From assembly GCA_030148805.1 (NCBI GenBank), contig JASBSS010000030.1:18258-42257 (forward strand): a DNA stretch of 24,000 nt, in the 5' to 3' direction. Below the pieces are notes generated by a model. That model was given only the letters and a program-made list of their open reading frames with translations. It was not told the origin of the DNA and did not search any database. Source of the DNA: Thiogranum sp. GTDB taxonomy: Bacteria; Pseudomonadota; Gammaproteobacteria; DSM-19610. Every line of letters begins with the position of its first letter. Within the stretch, counting starts at the first letter, position 1. The position numbers and the translations under genes are program-made. This document shows, in pieces, positions 17,216 through 24,000 of the stretch.

Positions 17216-19642
17216 TTAGCGATTCTCATAACGATTCAGATCGAACAGCCCCGATACGACCGGCTGGTTGCGTGCGTATTCGTCCTGGAACCAGTCCGCC
17301 GTTGCCCAGAAACCGGGGCTGGTGCGCCGGATTCCATAGCGATCAACAAACCTTTCATAATCCTTGTGGTTGCGGATCTCCGCACACTGTTCGGTGAAGG
17401 CATCGATTTCAGACCCTGCCACAGAGAAAAAGAAATTGGGGTAGGAGCCCTCGAGCCAGTTGACCACCGTCATGCTGTCCTGTTCGATGTCGGCGCGGTC
17501 GCGCTCGCGTTCATCGGCAAGAAAGGAGGTGACGTTCTTATAGGCCTTGTTGCGGATCAGCGTATAGGCCCGGTCCTGTTGCGGATCATCCATCCTGACC
17601 TGGACGAAGGCGAGGTCGGGGAAGGCGTGCAGATTGTTGCCCTGTAGACGGGCGATCACCGCCATCGCCTGGTCCACTTGCGCGATCTCGGTGTCGGGCC
17701 GCCGTTTAATGCAGTCCTGAATGCCACAGCGATTCATGGCATCCGCCTGTTGGGTCACACCGGCGACGCGGCCCCGGATGTACTGGTAAAGCTCCCGCTG
17801 CGGATCGTCGCTCCGATAACCGCTCACGGTGTCGACCTGCATCCAGTCCTGCGGTGCCGTAAAGAGTTTTTCCACGCCGCTGCGCAGTCCGGCATACCAG
17901 CTATCGCGTATGGCCTTGCGCCGGTCTGCGGGGAGAAAGGCCAGAAAATGATCCTCGCCCTCCATGCGCAGGAAATCCATATAGATGCGGGTGTTCACCT
18001 GGTGGACGAGGTTACCGTAGACATTGAAGCCGGCGACCAGCAGATAGTGGATGCGCTCGAATAACGGATAATCAAGAATCCAGGCCGTTTCCGGATCATT
18101 ACCCACCAGGCCATAGGCCACTGAGCCACTGTCGAAATGGCGGAACACCGTCAGTGCCGCATTGGGGTTATTGCCCTCGCCATCCCAGATGTAGCCCAGT
18201 GCATGATGGATATCGTGGGTGCTGATCTTCTTGAACAACGCCTGTTTGGATGTCATGTAGCGCCGCTGGCGTTGCCAGTAATCGCTCCAGATACTGGTCA
18301 GGTTCAGTGAGCTGCGGCGATCGGCCGGCAGTTGCAGATCATCGGCCATGCTCCCGACGAACTGGGCATCATTGGTAAACACGTCCTGATCCGGATCGAA
18401 AAACAGCACCCAGAACTGGTCTTCGATCACATTCAGCGCGATTTGCCCGCGGCAGACCGGACCCTTGATAAAGCCCTCGATAAAGAACCGTGCATCGTCC
18501 AGCAGAAACCGGTAGCGGGATTTGAGTGGCAGATCGATAAATGTCTTGAATGGGTTAGACGCGATCTCCGGTTGGTAGGATGGCAGTTCGCGCACCGCAT
18601 AATCGGGGTCCAGAAAAAGTTCCCGATAACGTTCCATGCGCCGGTCGGAGAACTCGTACAGGATGTGGTTTTTTACCACAATACTCGGGTGGTACCTCAG
18701 CAGCCGGTAATAGAATGGCGCGGCGCCAGGGTCGTCATAGGGACGCACCGTCGGGATCTCATCGATCGCCTGACCAGGCGGCGTGGTCGAGCGCACCAGC
18801 CGGTAGAACTCGCGTGTCGGTGATCCGGCAAAATGAATATGCGCATGAAACAAATGTTCATAGAGATAACGGCTGACCAGTTGTTGCTTGTTTGACCGCT
18901 GGTTCAGAAACTCTTCCCACTGCGCGATCTGCGGCAGGACCCCGGCAGAGGGGGCGGGCGGGGCAGGTGCCGGTGCGCCCTGCGCCAGCCAGGAAACGAG
19001 GGTGCGGTACTCCTGATCCGACAGGTTGGGCATCGCATAAGGCATGCCCCACAACGGGTGCTCCTCGGCAAAATCATCAACGGACTCCAGCGTCGGGCAG
19101 GTCTGCTCGCGGTCCAGCTCCAGGGTGAAGCTATCCGGCAGTTGGTCCGTGTCGGGCTGCGGGTGTTGCTGTTTCAGTCGCAGCAAGCGGTACAACACCG
19201 AGTCTTGCAGATTGGATTCGGGGGTCTGTTGTCCCTCATTGAGTACCGGGTGGAAGCCGCGGGAGCGCCATTCCGCGGTGCCCCTGGCATCGACGAACAG
19301 ACGCGTCGGTTGCATGGGTGTCAGGCGTGCGGGGTCGTAGACCAGCGCTTCACTGGCGCCGCGCCGCAGACCTTCACTGGACGAGAGTTTCAACTGGCAG
19401 GGCGCATCGTAGCAACCGTGGCACACCACGCAACGTCGCTCCAGCACGGGTCTGACCTGATGCTCGAATTCGACCGGAGCATCCAGCAGCGCTGATGCCA
19501 GATCCGCTTCAATCACTACCGGTTCATGTTCCACGCTGAATGGCGCTTCCAGCACCCAATAACCGAGAATACCTGCCAGGAGGGTGATGAGAAAAATCGC
19601 CGGCATCCGTTTGTTGATCGGTATTATGCGTCGTTTCCTCAT
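17216..19642 (-). CDS. cti: fatty acid cis/trans isomerase (periplasmic heme-c enzyme)
   Basis: About 808 aa from the ATG at 19642 (MRKRRIIPINKRMPAIFLITLLAGILGYWVL, a signal/anchor). It has the heme-binding CVVCHGCYDAPCQLKLSS motif characteristic of Cti, and a long conserved body (FYRLLRYHPSIVVKNHILYEF, GPVCRGQIALNVIEDQFWVLF, FDSGSVAYGLVG). The track ORF extends to 19789 with no support. Confidence 0.85.
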   Translation of the reverse strand: MRKRRIIPINKRMPAIFLITLLAGILGYWVLEAPFSVEHEPVVIEADLASALLDAPVEFEHQVRPVLERRCVVCHGCYDAPCQLKLSSSEGLRRGASEALVYDPARLTPMQPTRLFVDARGTAEWRSRGFHPVLNEGQQTPESNLQDSVLYRLLRLKQQHPQPDTDQLPDSFTLELDREQTCPTLESVDDFAEEHPLWGMPYAMPNLSDQEYRTLVSWLAQGAPAPAPPAPSAGVLPQIAQWEEFLNQRSNKQQLVSRYLYEHLFHAHIHFAGSPTREFYRLVRSTTPPGQAIDEIPTVRPYDDPGAAPFYYRLLRYHPSIVVKNHILYEFSDRRMERYRELFLDPDYAVRELPSYQPEIASNPFKTFIDLPLKSRYRFLLDDARFFIEGFIKGPVCRGQIALNVIEDQFWVLFFDPDQDVFTNDAQFVGSMADDLQLPADRRSSLNLTSIWSDYWQRQRRYMTSKQALFKKISTHDIHHALGYIWDGEGNNPNAALTVFRHFDSGSVAYGLVGNDPETAWILDYPLFERIHYLLVAGFNVYGNLVHQVNTRIYMDFLRMEGEDHFLAFLPADRRKAIRDSWYAGLRSGVEKLFTAPQDWMQVDTVSGYRSDDPQRELYQYIRGRVAGVTQQADAMNRCGIQDCIKRRPDTEIAQVDQAMAVIARLQGNNLHAFPDLAFVQVRMDDPQQDRAYTLIRNKAYKNVTSFLADERERDRADIEQDSMTVVNWLEGSYPNFFFSVAGSEIDAFTEQCAEIRNHKDYERFVDRYGIRRTSPGFWATADWFQDEYARNQPVVSGLFDLNRYENR

Positions 19643-19737
19643 CAGCGCTATGTTAACAGAAGCGGCTTCCGGGCGAAGAGAAGGTATCCCGATATGGCGC
19701 GGTGAGTTAGTGAGCCGGTGCCGGATACGATTTTCGG

Positions 19738-21327
19738 CTACAGACGCCCGGACCGGGAGATTCCGCCCACCAGGCGCAGTGTGACCCACAGTGCGAGGCC
19801 GAGGGTGATCAGGGCCGGCAGCGGCATGCCAGCTATTCGGGGTGACACATCCAGCGGCATCAGCAGGGCGCTGGCGATATACAGGCCCAGCGCCAGCAGC
19901 GCCAGGCTCAGCCGGTTGCTGCTGCGGTCCAGGTGCTGTTCAAGATCATGGAGGCCGCGATGCTGGAGACGGATCTCGAAACCCTGCTGCCGTACCCGGC
20001 GCACCCATTTGCCCAGCGAGTCGGGCAGATCCTGTGCCGCGATGCCGGCCTCGTAGCCGAGACGTGCCTTGCCGGTTGCCGCGCGCTCTTCGAAGGCCGC
20101 CTTGGCGATCGGTTCGGCCTGTCCGGCCAGCCCGTCGAGCAGATTGAATTCGGGGTCCAGACTGCGCACCGTGGTCTCCATCAGGAACAGGGTGCGCATC
20201 AGCACCAGCAGGCTACGCGGGAAACGCACATCCCGCCCCTGGCCCAGTCGCGCGATGCGCAGAAAGGCTACGGCGAACGACCAGTCTTTCAGCGGCAGGC
20301 GGGCGTAATCTTCCAGCAGGCGTTCCAGGCCGGCGCGATAGACCATGATATCGAGATCTTCGGCTAACACCCCCATGTCCAGATAGGCATCCAGCAGCCA
20401 GTCGGCATCCTGGTGGACAAAGGCCTGCATAAAGGCGGCCAGGTTGCGGCGCGAGTCGCGGTCCAGGAAGCCCACCAGGCCAAAATCGTGGAAGCAGATG
20501 CGCCCGTCGTCCATGACGAACAGATTGCCAGGATGAGGGTCGCCATGAAACAGACCCAGCACGAAAAACTGGTGCAGGTAGGCCGAGACAAAGGTTTTGG
20601 CCAGCGCCGGCCCCTGTTCAACGAGGCTGACGTCATCCACGCGCCGTCCGCCACTGCGCGCCTGGACCAGTACCGAATCGGTCGACAGCGTGTCGAACAC
20701 CCGGGGGATATGGATCGCGGGCCAGTCGCGGAAGGCTTCGTGAAAGCGTTGCATGGAGCGCGCCTCTTCGCGGAAGTCCATCTCCCGCCGTAGACCGTCT
20801 TCCGCCTCCGCGAGGGTGTCGAGCGGCGCGTAGCGGCGCAGGAAGGGCAGCAACCACAGCAACGCCCGCACCGTGAGACGCAACAGGCGCATGTCTTGCG
20901 CCACCTGGCGTCGGATGTCCGGGCGGCGCACCTTGACGATCACCTCGGTGCCGTCCTGGAGACGCGCGCAATGCACCTGGGCGATGGAGGCCGCGGCCAG
21001 CGGTGTCTCGTCGAAGGTTGCGAACAATTCACCGGGCGGTTTTCCCAGGGCACGGGTGATCTCGGCGACGGCCAGTTCGCCCGCAAAGGGTGCCACCCGG
21101 TCCTGCAGCCCCTCCAGCGCCGCGACGTATTCATCCGGCAGCAGGTCGCGGCGCAGGCCCACCCCCTGGCCGAGTTTGACAAAGGTGGTGCCCAGCCGTT
21201 CCAGCATCCGGCTCAGGCGTTGCGCGGGGTGCTCGGCGGGGCGCAGCAAGTGTAGCCGTACCAGCAGCCACCAGCCGGCAAAACTCCACAGGGCACTGCT
21301 GATGCGGATGAATCGGAAAATTCCCAT
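19738..21327 (-). CDS. ABC1/UbiB-family atypical protein kinase
   Basis: 529 aa; ATG at 21327 is preceded by GGGAGG. Motifs: FVKLGQ, LAAASIAQVH, VKVRRPDI, FHGDPHPGNLFV and HDFGLVG. Two C-terminal TM segments are present. Confidence 0.85.
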   Translation of the reverse strand: MGIFRFIRISSALWSFAGWWLLVRLHLLRPAEHPAQRLSRMLERLGTTFVKLGQGVGLRRDLLPDEYVAALEGLQDRVAPFAGELAVAEITRALGKPPGELFATFDETPLAAASIAQVHCARLQDGTEVIVKVRRPDIRRQVAQDMRLLRLTVRALLWLLPFLRRYAPLDTLAEAEDGLRREMDFREEARSMQRFHEAFRDWPAIHIPRVFDTLSTDSVLVQARSGGRRVDDVSLVEQGPALAKTFVSAYLHQFFVLGLFHGDPHPGNLFVMDDGRICFHDFGLVGFLDRDSRRNLAAFMQAFVHQDADWLLDAYLDMGVLAEDLDIMVYRAGLERLLEDYARLPLKDWSFAVAFLRIARLGQGRDVRFPRSLLVLMRTLFLMETTVRSLDPEFNLLDGLAGQAEPIAKAAFEERAATGKARLGYEAGIAAQDLPDSLGKWVRRVRQQGFEIRLQHRGLHDLEQHLDRSSNRLSLALLALGLYIASALLMPLDVSPRIAGMPLPALITLGLALWVTLRLVGGISRSGRL

Positions 21328-21458
21328 GTTACCTCCCAGAGTTGTAGAACCAGTATATCGATGCCGGGACGAAAAAACTGGCAGCGCAGCGCGGCTTGAC
21401 CTGTGCCCAGATCACAGGTGCTATACAGAACCGGTATATGACACGAAGTCGGCGTGGC

Positions 21459-21472
21459 TTGATCCAGGTCAA
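21459..21472. promoter_or_regulatory. candidate FNR/Anr/FixK-type (CRP-family) binding box TTGATCCAGGTCAA
   Basis: Read directly from the sequence. It fits TTGA-N6-TCAA perfectly and TTGAT-N4-ATCAA with one mismatch. It lies in the divergent intergenic region, 87 nt upstream of the ATG at 21559 and 132 nt from the ubiB-like ATG at 21327. Confidence 0.4.
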
Positions 21473-21558
21473 GCGCCTCCCCCGCGAAGAGGAACACGAT
21501 CGCCTACAGACAGTCTATACCGTTAAGTATCCCGTGGCACATACCAAGGAGGTGCAGC

Positions 21559-21654
21559 ATGGAGACCAAACAACGTTGGCAAGACTGGCTTAATCTCATC
21601 CTCGGAATCTGGCTATTGTCGGCGCCGTTTTTCGGTATCGGCGCGGCGAAGTAG
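21559..21654 (+). pseudogene. 31-codon ORF resembling the first repeat of an SPW-repeat membrane protein (truncated remnant or mini-protein)
   Basis: AAGGAGG at 21546-21552 lies 6 nt before the ATG. The product is METKQRWQDWLNLILGIWLLSAPFFGIGAAK*. The RWQDW(L/V)NL(I/V)LG(I/L)WL opening is what I recall from SPW-repeat proteins, which normally run ~110-130 aa. Here SPW is replaced by SAPFF and a stop follows. Confidence 0.3.
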
Positions 21655-21698
21655 GAAGTAGGTATTTCATTTAACTAACCGCAGTGAGGATCTGACCG

Positions 21699-22076
21699 GT
21701 GGAACATCGCTACGTGCAGCGCAAGACGGTAGAATTGAAGGTGTGGTTGTCAGGGGTAAGTTTTGACAATCGGCCGGCCAGGGTCCGCAACTTCTGTCTC
21801 GATGGCATGTTTATCGAAACCTTCAAGGACAGCCTGCCGGTGGGAAGTTATGTTTCCGTGACACTGGACTACGCCGGAGCGCGGCACGGATGCAGATGTT
21901 GCTTGGGAGCGCTGGTCGTGCACAGCAAGGGGAATGGCGCCGGCCTCATGTTTAACGCCTCCCGTTGCGAACGCCAGCGCATCTTCAATGAGGTTCTGCT
22001 CGATGTGGTCGGTCCGCCTGGGGATGACTGTGTGCAATATACAAACTCTGATGTCACGATGGATGTCTGCCGATGA
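21699..22076 (+). CDS. stand-alone PilZ-domain protein (putative c-di-GMP receptor)
   Basis: GTG at 21699 lies 8 nt after GAGGA at 21686-21690. The 125-aa product has RYVQR (RxxxR) at residues 4-8 and NFCLDG at the (D/N)x(S/A)xxG position, followed by MFIET. It then shows a beta-barrel-like pattern (VSVTL...GALVVHSKGNGAGLMF). Confidence 0.65.
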   Translation: MEHRYVQRKTVELKVWLSGVSFDNRPARVRNFCLDGMFIETFKDSLPVGSYVSVTLDYAGARHGCRCCLGALVVHSKGNGAGLMFNASRCERQRIFNEVLLDVVGPPGDDCVQYTNSDVTMDVCR

Positions 22077-22496
22077 TAACTTATCAGGAGGTTCTGGCGG
22101 CGGTCGACTTCAGCGAGCATACGGACGCCGTCATGCAGGGCGCCTTGCGGCAGGCCGAGTGCAGCGGCGCGAGGCTTGGGTGTTGCATGTGGTCGACTAC
22201 ATGCGGCCGATCGATGATGGCTTATCATCCCGCCCAATGATAAGGTGGAAACGACTCTGCTGGCCTCGGCAAAAGAGCGATTGGAAGAGAGCCTGAGCCA
22301 TCATGGCACGGCGCACGCTCGGGGGCTGGTCGTCGTCGGTCGTCTCAAGCAGGAAATTCTGCGTGTGGCGGAGCGGGAGGCGGCCGACCTGATTGTGATC
22401 GGCGCCCACGGCCATCACGGGCTCGCCGGCCTGCTCGGTTCCACGACCGACCGGGTGGTGCACCGAGCAGCCTGCCCGGTGCTGATCGCCAGGTAA
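22073..22496 (+). pseudogene. universal stress protein (UspA family) interrupted by two frameshifts
   Basis: ATG at 22073 overlaps the PilZ stop (ATGA). Three frames together give a normal ~141-aa USP. They read MITYQEVLAAVDFSEHTDAVMQGALRQAECSGA / EAWVLHVVDYMRPIDDG / (L)IIPPNDKVETTLLASAKERLEE...ADLIVIGAHGHHGLAGLLGSTTDRVVHRAACPVLIAR*. The shifts lie at ~22169-22174 and ~22219-22223. Each is consistent with loss of one nucleotide. Confidence 0.75.
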
Positions 22497-22563
22497 TACG
22501 ACCCGAATCGACGCATTTCTTGTTAGCCGCAATCCGGTTGTTGCCAAGTATGGAGTATCTGAT

Positions 22564-24000
22564 ATGACGGACACCGTCTCCACATCGGGGAACGCCGGCC
22601 CGATACGGGCCGGGGTGCCGCTGCCGTTGGGCGCGGGCGAGCGCTGCGGTGGGGTGAATTTCGCGCTGTTCAGCCGGCACGCGACGCGGGTCACACTGCT
22701 GTTGTTCGCTGCGGCAACGGATACCGCGCCCTGCCGCGTGCTCGAATTGGACCCGACGCGGCACCGCACCGGCGACGTCTGGCACGCCTGGATCGCGGGC
22801 CTCGGGCAGGGCGCGATCTACGCCTGGCGCGTGGACGGCCCCTACCAGCCGGCGCAGGGACACCGCTTCAATGCCCACAAGGTGCTGCTTGATCCCTATG
22901 CCAACGCGCTGGTGGGGACGGAGTGCTGGGACTTTGCCTGCGCCAGTGGATTCGAGCCGGCCTCCGCGGCGGGGGATCGCTCCTTTTCCGAGAAAGACAA
23001 CACCCGCTGGCAGGCCAAGTGCATGGTCAGCGACGGCGTGTTTGAGCATGGAGTAGAGCCGCGTCCCCGCCACACCTGGGCGGACACTATCATCTATGAA
23101 ACCCACATACGCGGGTTCAGCGTGCATCCCTCCGCCGGTGCGGCGCACCCCGGGACCTATCTGGGGCTCATCGAGAAGATCCCCTACTTGCAGGAACTCG
23201 GGGTCACCGCTGTCGAGTTGCTACCGGTGCAGGAGTTCTTCGAGAATGAACTCGTGCGTGACAACCCGCTCAGCGGCGAGCGCCTGCGCAACTACTGGGG
23301 CTACAGCACGGTGGCCTTCTTCGCCCCGAAGGAAAGCTACTCCAGCCGCCGCGCGCCGGGCTGCCAGCTGGACGAGTTCAGGACCATGGTTGCCGCGCTG
23401 CACCGCGCCGGCATCGAGGTGATCCTGGATATCGTCTTCAACCACACGGCGGAGGGCAATGAAACCGGTCCGACGCTGAACTTTCGCGGCCTGGACAATC
23501 GTGTGTATTACCTGCTGGAAGACGACCGCCGGTTTTACAAGAACTACTCCGGCACCGGCAACACCCTCAACTGCAACCACCCGGTGGTGCGCGACTACAT
23601 CCTCGATTGCCTGCGCCACTGGGTCATTCACATGCAGGTGGACGGCTTCCGTTTCGACCTGGCCTCGGTGCTGGGCCGTGACGAGCAGGGCAATCTGCTG
23701 CCCAATCCACCGCTGCTGGAACGCATTGCCGAGGATCCGGTGTTGCGTGATGTCAAACTGATTGCCGAGGCCTGGGACGCCGGCGGCGCCTACCAGGTGG
23801 GCAGCTTTCCGGGCCAACGCTGGTCCGAGTGGAACGGGCGGTTTCGCGATGACGTGCGCCGCTTCTGGCGCGGCGACCCCGGCATGACCGGGGCCCTGGC
23901 CAGCCGCCTGTGCGGCAGCGCGGACATCTACCAATACGGCGGCAAGCAACCCGTCAACAGCATCAATTTCGTCACCTGCCACGACGGTTTCACGCTGAAC
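22564..24000 (+). CDS. glgX: glycogen debranching enzyme GlgX (GH13), 3' partial, runs off the window
   Basis: This ORF is not in the track because there is no stop in the window. I translated frame 1 by hand from the ATG at 22564 (GGAG at 22552-22555). The product reads MTDTVSTSG...GVNFALFSRHATRVTLLLF...GDVWHAWIAGLGQGAIYAWRVDGPY...HKVLLDPYA...IIYETHIRGFS...NYWGYSTVAFFAP...VILDIVFNHTAEGN...VDGFRFDLASVLGR...IAEAWDAGGAYQVGSFP...WSEWNGRFRDDVRRFWRGD...NFVTCHDGFTLN. All four GH13 conserved regions are present. Confidence 0.9.
   Translation, partial: MTDTVSTSGNAGPIRAGVPLPLGAGERCGGVNFALFSRHATRVTLLLFAAATDTAPCRVLELDPTRHRTGDVWHAWIAGLGQGAIYAWRVDGPYQPAQGHRFNAHKVLLDPYANALVGTECWDFACASGFEPASAAGDRSFSEKDNTRWQAKCMVSDGVFEHGVEPRPRHTWADTIIYETHIRGFSVHPSAGAAHPGTYLGLIEKIPYLQELGVTAVELLPVQEFFENELVRDNPLSGERLRNYWGYSTVAFFAPKESYSSRRAPGCQLDEFRTMVAALHRAGIEVILDIVFNHTAEGNETGPTLNFRGLDNRVYYLLEDDRRFYKNYSGTGNTLNCNHPVVRDYILDCLRHWVIHMQVDGFRFDLASVLGRDEQGNLLPNPPLLERIAEDPVLRDVKLIAEAWDAGGAYQVGSFPGQRWSEWNGRFRDDVRRFWRGDPGMTGALASRLCGSADIYQYGGKQPVNSINFVTCHDGFTLN

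Noticed and set aside
21395-21415. TTGAC-N10-ATCAC, which looks like FNR half-sites.
   Set aside because: The spacing is 10 rather than 4, so it does not fit the FNR/CRP dyad. The sequence is better explained as a -35-like TTGACC hexamer followed by the ACCTGTG/CACAGGT inverted repeat.
1-24000. A search for CRISPR repeats, tRNA/rRNA genes, integrase/transposase/recombinase genes, toxin-antitoxin pairs and known defence-system genes.
   Set aside because: I saw no regularly spaced direct repeats and no tRNA-like T-arm or acceptor features in the few intergenic gaps. No ORF has recombinase, nuclease-ATPase or TA-like motifs. The only nuclease-related sequence is the truncated beta-CASP remnant.

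Overview
Apart from the first ~1 kb, this window is a high-GC block of stress, ion-homeostasis and carbon-overflow genes. I saw no CRISPR array, tRNA/rRNA, transposase, integrase or recognisable defence gene.

Gene content:
- Nt 1-912 is the 3' end of an AT-richer gene for a GltD-like oxidoreductase with a 2x[4Fe-4S] tail.
- At ~1034-1040 the composition switches abruptly. At the same point a beta-CASP/MBL hydrolase gene is cut down to its last ~90 codons.
- From there to 17168, about 15 co-directional, tightly packed + strand genes follow. They are acetate kinase, phosphoketolase, a 58-aa His-rich DUF2933-like peptide (missed by the ORF track), a small membrane protein, an FtsH paralog, class I fructose-bisphosphate aldolase, a P1B-type ATPase, NhaA, a membrane-anchored cytochrome c, an MFS transporter, a CPA2 (Kef-type) antiporter, a YHS-domain protein and two uncharacterised membrane proteins.
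- Convergent on the minus strand are an ABC1/UbiB-family kinase and fatty-acid cis/trans isomerase (Cti).
- After a divergent intergenic region carrying an FNR/FixK-type box (TTGATCCAGGTCAA) come a truncated SPW-like mini-ORF, a stand-alone PilZ protein and a universal stress protein broken by two frameshifts. Last is the 5' 479 codons of glycogen debranching enzyme GlgX, which runs off the window and is absent from the ORF track.

Most notable observations:
1. The FtsH paralog keeps its TM/periplasmic N-terminus, AAA lid and HEMGH protease domain. It has lost the whole Walker A/B/SRH ATPase core through a clean in-frame deletion between two PGRF-type microhomologies.
2. The P1B ATPase has a CPD motif instead of CPC/CPH in the TM4 metal site, an HMA domain with SxxS instead of CxxC, and a His/Met-rich linker. 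It sits among other Cys-less, His-rich metal-handling proteins.
3. ftsH'-fba-ATPase-nhaA are chained by three consecutive ATGA start/stop overlaps.
4. Four independent gene lesions occur in one block next to a compositional junction. This fits either a decaying acquired island or an assembly-quality problem.
5. Glycogen debranching, class I aldolase, phosphoketolase and acetate kinase co-localise with USP/PilZ and an FNR-type box. I infer a hypoxia or energy-starvation survival module.

All family assignments come from motif recognition by eye. No searches were run.
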